Shown here in pieces: positions 40,551-52,523 of a DNA stretch of 64,000 nt. The stretch is from assembly GCF_006345805.1 (NCBI RefSeq), contig NC_043021.1, positions 24,924,001 through 24,988,000 of the forward strand, given 5' to 3'. Under the pieces are notes generated by a model. That model did no database searches and was not told where the DNA came from. It worked only from the letters and a program-made list of their open reading frames with translations. This DNA is from Octopus sinensis (Eukaryota). Within the stretch, counting starts at the first letter, position 1. Every line of letters begins with the position of its first letter. A program made the position numbers and the translations under genes.

Positions 40551-40943
40551 CCACAATCTAATATGTGTGTGTGTGTGTACATTGTTTGATATTGAATCAG
40601 TGAGAGACGAGTGCTCAATACAAGCTGTAGAGGATGTGGGTTTTTTGTTGAAACTGAAACTGGGAGTTTGTTTTGTGAATTGAATTTTATGCCATTGTCA
40701 TCTTCAGGCCAAATTGTTACAACTCAGTATTGGTGGTGTAGACACAGATATTAATCAATATGGCTTATTTATACATTTATATAAGTAAAGGAATAAGTTT
40801 CAACACAGTGTCTGTCTACTAAATAGTTATTGACCAGCCTGGAGAGCTATAGAAAACACATGCCCAAGATGCCCTGCAGACAGGGGACTGAACCTGAGAC
40901 TCCGTGGTTACAAAGCAAACTTTTTAACTTGCACAGCTAAGCT

Positions 40944-40974
<31 letters not shown>

Positions 40975-41304
40975 ATTTTTAAATACAAACCTTGACTCTG
41001 CAATACTATATATAAATTCCCTACTGGGAATGACCAAGTTTAAAATATCTGCAGGATCTCACTCATAAAGGAGTCTTACATTCCTTATAAACTCTATATT
41101 TGGAAGGACTCATTTTAAACTCTGTTGGACTTTTGGATTTTACTCAAAAGATATTGAAATATTGCATATATACCATTATGCCTAAAAAATGGATTTACAA
41201 CTTCAATACCCATACATATCTTACATCTATTTTCTTTCCTCCACCTCACTCTCTATTTTGTATCACATCGAAACTAACTATAACTTAATTTTTCCTCTCA
41301 CACC

Positions 41305-41356
41305 GTCTCCGATGAAGGGATATTATTAATAAATATCCTAGAAACAGCTGTAAGAC
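41305..41356 (+). ncRNA. Minimal type I hammerhead ribozyme in a Penelope-like remnant (~40975-41435)
   Basis: gtct-CCGATGA-a-GGGATATT-loop-AATATCCT-a-GAAA-CAGCTG-TA-agac; palindromic stem III ACAGCTGT; U4C core variant. Confidence 0.6.
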
Positions 41357-41725
41357 CTTCTATCTATAAATGCTCTAATATCTATACAGCCTTGGCTTTT
41401 TATCTTATTCCGCAAAAAATTCTTCTATACACATGCTGACATAGAACCAATGCTGAACCCTTTATTCACAATATTACCGAATCTGGAACTTAACTATGGT
41501 CTGTCTATAGCACTTATTCAGCATTACCTGAAACCTTTGGGTCTCAATGACACCATTATCTCTTATATATATATATATATATATATACATACATATAGTT
41601 GCATGCATGCATACATTATATATAGTAAAATATAAAAGGAAGTGGTCAGAAAACAGTAAATGTGGCATGTTCCATTTATTGTGTTAGCACTAACCCACCT
41701 ATGTGTATGAATATATTTCCCAATG

Positions 41726-41768
<43 letters not shown>

Positions 41769-44552
41769 CAGGCATATCCCTGATGATACACTGCTATTTA
41801 ATTTCTGCATCAAATGCAACCTCTTGGTAACTGAATAGTCATAAGTTATTTGTTCTTATGCCTTCCCTTCATTTAGACATGAGCTCAGGCCTTTTTCTAA
41901 TATTTCAAGTGTTTCCTTCAGCATAATTTCCTGCTAAACACAGCAAACATCTTCTGGAGTCGCTTATATATGAAGCTGTGGTTTGAACATATGACCAAAC
42001 TGTTTTGATGATTGTATTTTGTTCTTTCTTTAGATTCAGGAGTATTGGGACAGTGAGTTTTGTATATCTAAAGGAGTAGATTAGTTGAGTATACCTACTT
42101 TTGAATGTATCTACAGTTAGACAGATATAGTAGTTTCTCTGCATTAACTGACAAAGATACCCTGATGCAATATACAAGTACCTTCATTATACATTTACCC
42201 CAGATTGCAACAATATAAAGGTTTCTGAAAATTTCTCCCTCTCTATAACAAGAACTAATAGAGCAAGACCACAAAAGCACTAACAACCAAATTCTTTACC
42301 ACAATTCAATTGTAAATGGAAAAATTAAATAAAAAAAAGCAATACTTCTTATCAGAGGTTCATCTTTCATAAGAAATATCAAACATTCCTTAAACATTAT
42401 CACTCAAAAGAATTATGTATTTCTTTCACTAGAATTCTTCTTCTTAAAGGAGCAGGCATGCTGTGTGTTCAAGAAGTTCACATCCCAACTATAAGCTTTC
42501 AGGTTCAATCCTGCTACACAGCCATGGGTAAGTGTCTTTTACAAAAGTTCCAGGCCAACAAAAACCTTGTGAGCAGATTTTGTAGGTAGAAACTGAGGGA
42601 AGCCCATTGTGTATATGTCATCAACATGATTTTAATGTCCACTTTTGCATGCTTGCATGGGTCAGATGGATTTTGTCGAGGCAGATTTTCAACAGTTACA
42701 TCCTTTTCCTACCTGACACTAACCCTCGCTTGTTTCCAAGCAAAGTAATATTTCCCCGTGACTAAACATGTTTTTGCAGAAAATTAGAAATACATGACAC
42801 TGCATGTATGACAGTGATGCTTGTTTACGACCATCAAATGTCAAGACAAAGATAAACACAATGCATATACATACATATATACAACTAACCTGCACTGGTT
42901 TTTTGCCTGTGAAATTCTTTCACAAGAAATAGATTGGCCTGGGGTTGTAATGGAAGGCACTGTGCTGCACGACAGGATTGAACCTAAAACCATTTGGTTA
43001 CAAAGTGAACTTCTTAACCAGACATCCATACCTGTATGTATGTATGTGTGTATGTATGTGTGGGTGTGTGTGTGTGTATGTATGTATGTATGCATGCATA
43101 TTCACCCTGCCCCTTCTACCTTACTACACCATTGTGATATATGGTGAGTCTTTGGTATTTTTTAAGTATGGTAGATCTCATTCCAAGTTGGTTCTGAAGA
43201 CAGCCAATTTCTTAGAGAGAAAGAGAAAGTGGGAGAGAGAGACAGACAGACAGACAGACAGAGACGAAATGAAAGAGAAGAATAGACTCCTGTACTTTAT
43301 CCATTGACTCCCCAAAAAGATGAAAGGCAACATATCCCTTGGCAGTTTTGAAATTTAGAAGAGAGAAAATGAGAAAGAGTACATTGCATTTTTATGCGCA
43401 GGTATTTTATCCAATTCTGAATAAGATACCTGAGATGAATGTTCCTGGTTCTTGAAACATAGAATCAGAGAAGAGAAATGATCAATTGGTCTCATTAATT
43501 TCCTGCAGTAAATTACAAGACAAGAGAGAAAAAAATTATAAAGAAACTTTTTTAATTGAGAAGGTTATTTAAATAGATTGTGTGGTTAATGTAGTAGGAA
43601 AGGTCAAGAGATCAAACTCTGCTTCAGTCATATAGCTAGGCATATAACTCAGCTTTGTCTGTCTTGCTGACAAACAGCTCCCATTGCCCACTGGTACCTC
43701 ACAGGCAAGTAATAGGACACAGGTGAGTACTAGGACACAGGTGAGTAAGTAGGATATGAAAATAAATAGAATAACAATAAAAGGCATCTGTAAAGACAAA
43801 TGTTTCAACAGTTTGAGGATGTTTCCGCATGCCATGGCACAAACACACAAGCATCACACACATTAGAAATACTACATACATATATGCATATGACACACAC
43901 ACACACACAAGCATACATGTGATACATCACACCACATCTACATGTAGATTCTTGCAAAAAAAATTAATTTTACTCCTTCTCCTCCTATATATTAATAATT
44001 AGTTTTGCCTGGATACAATGATAAATCTTTATAACGAAGGAGTTTAACTGATTGGACCAGATCCTGTGTATCTATCAATGGTTCTTATTTGATCTGAATG
44101 GAGCTGAATACAAAACCCAGGCCAGGATGAAAGGATTACTGTAAGATAATCATAATTTAGGCCTTGGTACATATCGTAAACCTTAAAACAATGATGCAAT
44201 AAAAATACTTTTTCAAATTTTGTGGTTTTTTTTTTTACCTTGTTAAAATACATAAACATGTGAAACTTTAAAATTGTCTGGTTTCTGTGGCGAATTCTGA
44301 AAATTTTCAGAAACAAAACGAAACCCCTTTTCTTTGAACGAGAGGAAATCAAAATCCGACCTCCTGAAAACAGTTATTTCCCCTGAATTATTCATCGCTA
44401 AGTCTGGAGTGGTTGGCATCTGTTGCTAGAATGGATTTTGGTGCAGATTCTGCTGCTTAATTGTTTTAGAGGCAATACAAAGACAAAATGGATAAACTTG
44501 CTTCATCAAAAAACCAACTCCAAAGTTTTGTTTTATGTTTCTGTTTTGATTC

Positions 44553-45683
44553 TCAGTGAATTACGACGATGTTAGGCATCCCAAATAGTTGGTAATTTAG
44601 TGATTTGGCAATCTGAGCAAAGCCTTCACTTTCTAGGTGATGGTTGACAAGATATGGTGGAAAGATAACTCCACGACGATGCACATTAGCGTCAACTAAC
44701 AGACAAGAGGACCCCACACCATCCAAACTGACCACTTTACCCTCATGTTTTAATTCAGGTAAATATTGTCGTAAAGACTTGTTCATGTAGCCTTCCAGCA
44801 TCAAATATCCAGGCTCTTTTGAATTCAAATATTCTTTTGATTCTTTGGTTTCTCGCCAGGAATTTCGGTCATAAATATCGAGAGTGTTTGGTGCCTTTCG
44901 GTACATGCATGAAGGCACCACAATCGGGACATGAGCAGAGAGCAAAGTTTGGATAAGATCGTGGGGCACTTCCCGAAGATCGCTGTCAAGCCAGAGGACG
45001 TATTTTTCATCGCGCAAAGCACTCATCAAAAGGAAGTTTCGAACTTGTGCCAACCTCCTGCGACGATTCAACTGGATTGTCTCGTTATGTTTGTCCGAAT
45101 GTCTCGCCAACATAAGGGTTGCATCATCTGGAATGTCTAAATGGTAAACTTCGATGGAACGAAATTTATGGGAAATCTTCGACACTTGCCGTTGAGCAAG
45201 TTTAGGGGAGGGAACTCCGTATTTGTCGATGCCGATTGCGATCCTGAGACGGCAATGGGGATAAGACAAGGAGTTGAGAATATTGAAATATTGATTGAAA
45301 AAACTGGCGAAATTATCAAATGGGGTGAGTATGAGGATTGAAGGGAGGACGTAGCGGCAATCATTCTCAGTTTCAGAAGCTGTCGTTGTGTATTGTATTT
45401 TGTCTCTGTTGGGTTGTGAAGTGACCTGTTGTGTGATTGTCCGACAGGTTTGGTTGAGAAGACGGAACGAATGGTGGCGGTAGGCCTTAGCTTCTCTCAT
45501 GTGCAAGTGGTACAGACAAATGTCTAACTTGAGTCGGGCATCAGTACGAAAGATGTCAGCAGTTATGAGATAAGTAAGACTGGATGTAAGCACCACTATA
45601 CAAAGCACCAAAAGATGCCAGGGTTTTTGGTAAAATATTTTCGGTAGATTCATGATTCTAGCAGAAGTCTTTGGAGAAATCAT
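44553..45683 (-). CDS. Anp1/Mnn9/Van1-family (GT62) glycosyltransferase, type II membrane protein, 376 aa
   Basis: N-terminal TM (WHLLVLCIVVLTSSLTYLI), then ILILTP, YP, RRRRLAQVRNFLL, VLWLDSD (DxD), YDRNSWRET, LEGY, LDGVG..CLLV...VHR.G..FP and ESEGFAQIAK....LFGMPN.VVIH, collinear with yeast Mnn9. No stop or intron in the CDS; a splice acceptor at 45793 suggests a 5' UTR intron. Confidence 0.92.
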   Translation of the reverse strand: MISPKTSARIMNLPKIFYQKPWHLLVLCIVVLTSSLTYLITADIFRTDARLKLDICLYHLHMREAKAYRHHSFRLLNQTCRTITQQVTSQPNRDKIQYTTTASETENDCRYVLPSILILTPFDNFASFFNQYFNILNSLSYPHCRLRIAIGIDKYGVPSPKLAQRQVSKISHKFRSIEVYHLDIPDDATLMLARHSDKHNETIQLNRRRRLAQVRNFLLMSALRDEKYVLWLDSDLREVPHDLIQTLLSAHVPIVVPSCMYRKAPNTLDIYDRNSWRETKESKEYLNSKEPGYLMLEGYMNKSLRQYLPELKHEGKVVSLDGVGSSCLLVDANVHRRGVIFPPYLVNHHLESEGFAQIAKSLNYQLFGMPNIVVIH

Positions 45684-46045
45684 TGAAATGGCTTCAGCTC
45701 TCTATTTCATGGTAGAGTTATATTTCGGTTCCTTCTTTCTCACCATCAAATTTCTGTACAAGGTTCAATGGAAAGATTCAAAAGTTGTCATGCTAGATAA
45801 ACAAAAAAAAAAAGAGAAAAAGGAAATTAAAGAATATCAATGAATTGTTTCAAACTTTGGTACAAGGCCAGAAATTTTAGGGTAAGGGGACAGTCAATTA
45901 CATCGACCCCAGTCAGAAGAAATGCTCCAACAAGTTAACAATTCTGCTAGTTGCCATCGCATAATAAAAATAACACTAGAGTTACTACATGATAATCTAT
46001 AATAGAAATTATTAATTAATATCAATAATGACACATATTAATTAT

Positions 46046-46410
46046 AACGAGAGCACTCAGAGAGTGCAAACCTCCACCAATGCAACATCAACATCCTCTC
46101 AACGATTAGCCGGAGAGGATTTTTAAAATGAGAATATCTGAAATAAACTTGACTACTCTCACAAACGAGAATACTAAAAATGAACCCAACTGCTCTCAAA
46201 AACTAAGTAAAAAACCAGGAAAAACTAATCCAGGATAGCTGTCCGGTACCGGATCGATCCCAAAACCTAATCAGTTCATGCCAGTCACAAGGCCAAAAAT
46301 CCCTGAAAGTTTCATCCGAATCCATCGAATGGTTCTTGCGACACCTTGACCCCGGACCAACAGACATGACTGAAAACAATACCTCTGCCTTCGCCAAGGC
46401 AGAGGTAATA
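46046..46410 (+). mobile_element. Non-autonomous DNA element with subterminal repeat and 3' hairpin (Crypton/Helentron-like; class uncertain)
   Basis: 5' 'gagagcactcagagagtgcaaacctcc'; 3' 12-bp stem tacctctgcctt-cgcc-aaggcagaggta. Confidence 0.55.
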
Positions 46411-47344
46411 ATAGATGACACAGCAACTCTATAAATAATACAGAGAATAAGAATGGTGGAGAGGAAAAAAAGAGAGAAAAACCACAATATTTAATCTAAT
46501 ATTTTTACATCCTGACTTCAACAGTTGCCAAACTAAAGTTAGTCTTTAATTATCATGTGGTTTATAAATATCAGACATTTGTCAATGCAAAACTTGCAAA
46601 TATATTACTCTACCCAAACAAACAAAGTCTTTCTACATTATGCTTGCATACAAACTTTATTAAGCCACTTCAAGCCAAATAGGGAACCTCTACACGGCTA
46701 ATTAACCTGCTAGAGATAGCAGCCAAATCTTCATTAAATCAAAGATGATGATAATAATTATGATGATGAGGAGGATACATCACCCTGGAAGATTTGGAAG
46801 TGGTGAGAATGAATTTCAGATGTTGGGCCTCACTGAAGAGATGACAAGGAACAAAGATTTCTGGCAATTTGCTGTGCTTGAGAATACATACATGTATGGA
46901 CAAGGTAAAGAATATGCACACCCAGTGTTTAGGGTAGAGTATGGATTACACCGAAAACAGGAGGTGTGCATATTCTTTACCTCCACCCATTTGTGGATAT
47001 ATGTATCTACTATGAATATATTTATATTCATATTATTATTAATATTTATAATCATATGTTGTTGTTTTTTAATATGATAATGAAACATGTAGGACACACA
47101 ATTAAAATAGCACCACATGTGCAAATCTTTGATTTAATAAATACTTACTCTGCAAATATTATAACTGACCTGGAAACTCTACTTATAAGTATGAATTTCT
47201 TATTTGAAATAAAACATCTCCGTGCACGCATTGGATTACTGGATTATGAAGATATCCTTTACAAGGACACAGTTTGGATATAATCCCTTCTATGTGCTGT
47301 ACAAATATAAATACATAGCCATATATATATATATATATATATAT

Positions 47345-47476
47345 ATTTATTATATAGAAGGAGCTTCTAAAGGACTAGTACTGTTTCATTCAAGAGAAAT
47401 CTTCAGGAAGCTTCCTGAAGATTTCTCTTGAATGAAACAGTACTAGTCCTGTAGAAGCTCCTTCTATATAATAAAT
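47345..47476. repeat. 132-bp near-perfect palindrome containing a hammerhead-like core
   Basis: Centre ggaag|cttcc; one mismatch (47370/47451). Confidence 0.92.
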
Positions 47477-47542
47477 TAATTTTACTCTGCTATGTATTGA
47501 GTACCTTACTTACTGTGGTTAACCCCGAATCAACCCGGGACC

Positions 47543-47577
<35 letters not shown>

Positions 47578-48429
47578 ATGCCAGTATGGAACATGGGCAT
47601 TCAATGATGATGGTACACACTATATACACACATCTATCTATCTATGTATATATATATATAATTATTGAAATGGGTAAATGAATTATCTTGTTATGGATTA
47701 TTCAAATGATAACCGATACCTGGGTAGCAAAAATCACAACAGAAAAAACACGGTTGAGGTTACGACCATGGGGTCTCAAACCCGTGCCTTAGTGCGGAAA
47801 TTAGAACTTCCTACACTAAATATATATATATATATATATACACACACACTGTACATATATGCACTGCGCATATACAAAGGTGAGCAGGCTAAAGAATTCT
47901 ATATAACAAATTGTGAACAATAGCGTCGTTGGTTAAAAGTTTCCAATTGATAATCATGTTACCGGTTCACTGAATTTGCAACCCAGCAAGTGACAAGACG
48001 GCATCTGTAACTGAATAGCAACAAATGTATGAAGGGCTTCCATTTGTAAAGAGAGGCTTTTCAGGTTTCTTGCCGATGTTATATAGAATACACCTGAACA
48101 GACTAAAGATGAAAGGTATCGTGCCTTCATAAATTAAAACAGTATGGTAATGTTTCACTTCCTGAAAATGGGCGATTTTGTTATTTCAATTGTTTAAAGA
48201 TTAAAAAGGTAATTTCGAATGCAGAGTAAACTATATTCATACATTTATCTTAATTTTACCTGGTCTTCATTTAAATTGAAAAAACTCTTTGAGAAAGTGA
48301 TAGTTTGCTTGATTCTTCTGTAACAGATCCTAAAACTAAATCGATTCTAAATTAATCAATCGTTCACTACCATGTTTGATTTCCCCAGTGAAACTACAAA
48401 ATAACCGTTACTAAGTCGCTCCATAATAT

Positions 48430-48620
48430 TGGTTTCAAATTTTGGCACAAGGCCAGCAATTTTGGGAGAGGAGGTAAGTTGAATAATCGACCCCAGAACA
48501 CAACGGGTACTTACCTCATCGACCCCGAAAGGATTAAAAACAAAGACGACTACAGCAGAATTTGGAATAAAGTGCCGTTAATCATTTTGCCCGGCATGCT
48601 AACGGTTCTGCCACCTCGCC
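48430..48620 (-). mobile_element. SINE family A
   Basis: Family similarity. Confidence 0.7.
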
Positions 48621-48909
48621 GAACCTCTGTCGCTCCATTATGGCAATTTTTACACGGCTTACCAGTTTCTTTCGATGCATTAGGAAATAAGCGAGGTTAA
48701 TCCGCGATCGCTAAGCAACTTAATCTATAGTTTTAGGCTCTACTGCAGAAGATCTATGCAAAATTATAAAGTAAACATGAATAATGTAAACATTTGTATA
48801 ATAAACAATTAACACTTAATTATTCCCTACAATTTGAAGAAGCGAAAGTTTTACGAATCCACACTTTCACTTTCTCACGATGGTTATTATTATTATTATT
48901 ATTATTATA

Positions 48910-49225
48910 ATGGCCAGTATGAATGGACCAATTCTGAGGATACACGTGTGAGAATTAAAAGGAAATATAAAAGGAGAAAGGGGCTTTCTACCCCCACTTT
49001 TTTTGACCAGGCTCTCGTGGTTTCTATGGGTTTTTCCACGAGTAACCTTTCGAAGCGCCTCCCCCTATTGGGAGTTTTAGTTGTTTCTTACATTTCGTTG
49101 TCATCCTACTTTTGTACACGTTTTTTTGCAAACAGACAAAACCCTTTGTAACTTTCGTCCTGTGTTTTGTCCCTTTATGTTTTAATTGTTTTTTGTCAGC
49201 CCTTGTGGCCAATAAACGAACGAAT
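48910..49225 (+). mobile_element. Probable LINE 3' fragment inserted in (ATT)n
   Basis: Flanked on both sides by (ATT)n; T-rich UTR ending in AATAAA. Confidence 0.4.
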
Positions 49226-51314
49226 TATTATTATTATTATTATTGAGATGAGAACTAAAGTATATTAATATATGTTTATAAATAGATTTTCTCGGAGTAT
49301 ACAGAATAAGATTCGTAAAATAAGATAAACTGACGTTTCGAACAAGGCCGGAAGCCTTCGGGAAACATCAGAACCGTCATCTTCCTTGCGGAATGGACTT
49401 ATTCCTGTTTTTGTTGACGAATCATTAATTTCTAAGAGTTTTCTTTTCTTCTTCTTCCTATTTATGCCCACAAAAGAAATGATGGAGTGAATGAAAGGAA
49501 GCGAAATAATATAAGGAAGCTTTATAAAATAGATGGATCTCAAGAATCTCAGTGCTATGGCACCACGGGGACAGAGAGCAACAATAAGGAACAGGTAAGC
49601 ATGAGATGAAAGGATCAACTTTAAAAGTCGAATCAAGCGGGGAATCTCTTGTCATGCGAAATGTTAGAATTAACCGTCTTCAAAAAGAAAGGATACGACA
49701 ACAAAGTCCTGGTTACAGAAACATAAAATGGGATGGTCATGAATGGCACGCCTTTGATCAAATGTCTACTCAATCAATGTTAACAGGAAGATTAAACGAT
49801 ATTAACTGCCAACGAACAAAAACCGATAAAATACAGGAAGCGATTAGTTTTGATATTAAAACAACAAAGAATAAATAAATACCATTTTAAGCAAAATTCT
49901 GGCTGCTTTCTTTTCTTCTTCGGAAAAACCTTCCTTTGGAAAAGTCGGTGAGGATCTTTTAAAAACCGCAAATCTCTTAAACTGTTCTTATAGAATCGAA
50001 AAAATCCGTTGCTTAAAATTGGTTGACACACGGTTACAATGTCTTCTTCCTGCTGAGACGAGCTTTTCTTTCAGGCCTAAAATAAAAGAAAAATGCTGGA
50101 AGGAATAACTTTTTGGGAAAACAGCAAAAACAAATACGAAAGGGAAAAAATAAAAGAAAAACAGAGAAAAATATTAGCAAAAGTAATTTACGTTAATTTT
50201 AAATGGATTATTTATTTACCTTTAATGAGTTTCTTCTTCTTCTTCTTCTCATCGTGTCCTACTTTCAAACTAAAGTATATTCGTAGTTTTATATCAACAA
50301 GTGTGGCAGATTGAATTTATTATGGCCAACAGGTAGAGGAAGGCAGAGAGAGGGGGAGGGGTAAATAGAGGTAGAGGAAGGCAGAGAGAGAGAGAGACAG
50401 AGATGAGCAAGAATGGATTCGAGTGGGAGAAAATAGGGGGAAAAAGGAAAACAAAGAAACAAATAAAAATAGAGCAAAAGTTAGAGTAAGAAGGAAGATA
50501 GAGAAGAGGAAGAGAGGATTAAATCATTCATACTTACGCACACGTATATATACACACATATATACACAAGACACACGCACACACACTTTTACTTTGATTG
50601 GTTTCAGTCAGGGTTCGTGGCCATGCTGGGGCACTGCCATCATTCTGATTATTAACATATTTCAGCTCACTCTCATGGTCTTCTCTGTTGAATGAGGAAG
50701 TTGGAAAAAGCTACCATTCTTTGTGTTTCTTGCTACGGCGTTAGTTCATCTGGTATTTGAGATAAGAATTTGTCTAAATTGTTCTTTGAATACATCCCTA
50801 TCTATACTTTGTAGATCTTTTGGGAGATGGTGTCGGCAGTGTTTCAGTATTGGTTCCTTACTTTTGGTGGAACAGCTGAGATCTTTGGTACCTTGCAGTG
50901 GCGTCTAGTTTAGGGGTTGCTATAGCTTTCAGTCCTAGAGTTAGATGCTAGATCCTCTGGTATATTCCGTGTGTGTGAGCTGTAAGAAACTATCTTCACC
51001 TGCTTAGTCCCTTATTTCAACAATACACTTTATTCTATTCTAAAAACTCTATTGTAACAGCTCTACAACAATGTTTAGATACACAAATTCCATTCTCTAA
51101 AAATCGATACCAATTTATTTGCCTCTACATTCTTCCATTCTACACTACTTTTATATCGCAGAATTTCTCTAAATATCCAGATCGAGTGTTAAAATCTTCT
51201 GCTTGAACTTGGTTACGTCAGCAGACTGATGCTTAGGTCCCACATCAAAGGAATGAGGTAAACTTCACCCAACGGTTTTCCACTTGTAATGGTTGTACTA
51301 AGTAAAATGTCAAA

Positions 51315-51625
51315 GAAAGAAACCTTACTGAGGCTTGGCTGGGCGACTTTGAGCCTTCAGATCTCCACTTGTTTCGGTCTCTTCAAAATTCATTGAATGG
51401 ACAAACAGTCAAGTATGAAGATAATGCAGAAATTCACCAGGAAGAGCCTTTCGCCAGTAAAAGCAGGAAATTTTTTCAGCTGAGAATAATGGCTTTGCCC
51501 ACAAGAAGGCAGAAGGTACTGGAAAGAAACGGTATTAGATCATTGATTGAGTAAATCATTTTGAGTTTAAAACTCGTTTCTTATTTTCGTTTAAAACACC
51601 GAACGGACTTTTTGGTTAACCCAAA
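51315..51625 (+). mobile_element. Mariner (Tc1/mariner) transposase 3' remnant with right TIR
   Basis: PSDLHLFRSLQNSLNG...LPTRRQKV..NG, followed by a mariner-like end 'acttttt ggttaacccaa'. Confidence 0.75.
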
Positions 51626-52056
51626 ATGTATTATTCAGTTTTATTTCAAGATTCCTTGCCAATAGAGAAAGAACCGGTTTCTAGCTTATATCCAAGGCTC
51701 CTCTATTGGAGTTTCAACAACGACAACAGAGTATTTCTGTATGCATGTATACGTGGAGATTTTTTATGATTTGCTTCATGTATGGCCTCTCATGCATATA
51801 GTTGCATATCTAGACATTCTCATATCTAGACATGAATAATAAACTTCTGGAAAGCTTTACAAATTTTTTACAGTTCCAGTGATCGTTTGCACCTTTTCAG
51901 TTTTGAAAAGCCTACTTTCTCGGGATTGGTATTTATATATGTATGTATGTATGTGTGTATGTATGTATGTGTTTTTATCAGTTTGTGTGTGTATGTATGT
52001 GTGTATGTATGTATGTATGTCTTTTTATCAGTTTGTGTGTGTGTGTGTGTGTGTGT

Positions 52057-52110
<54 letters not shown>

Positions 52111-52523
52111 AGAGAGAGAGAGAGAATGCTAGACCTTTAATTCTCTCACCTTCTCCCATGCTGCGCGCATTAAGGCCTCCCTTTCAAGTTTTATTACACT
52201 TTATTGTAATCACAACCATCTTTTATCTGGATCCGTGTGCCTTGGAATCTCCCTCAAGAACTGACCGATCAAATTCCGTCGAAGTCGATTTCGCGTTTCC
52301 TCCTTTCGACATCAATAAATGAACCAGTCAAGGACCGGGATCGATTGTCCCTTCACCTTGCAGGCCTTGTGCAAAAATTTGTGGGAATTTATTAAAGGCA
52401 AACCCAAATGAGTGAACAAAACAGAATGTGGACGTGGCGGAGAGACGGTGGCTAAATTTACTTTCAAAATGTTGCTCGGGATAAAATGGAATGAGAAACA
52501 TTGGATTCCCGAGGGTAGAGGTT

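Noticed and set aside
43700-43755. Tandem 18-bp duplication with CAG|GTGAGT donor-like sites
   Set aside because: No upstream open exon or acceptor identified on the plus strand.
44553-45683. Fungal or bacterial contamination as the source of the GT62 ORF
   Set aside because: It is contiguous with the same SINE families and microsatellites as the rest of the window and has a spliceosomal acceptor upstream; read-level confirmation is still needed.
49327-49377. Hammerhead-like CTGATG...GAAACGTC on the minus strand
   Set aside because: Core A9 is missing and stems I and II pair poorly; too degenerate to call.
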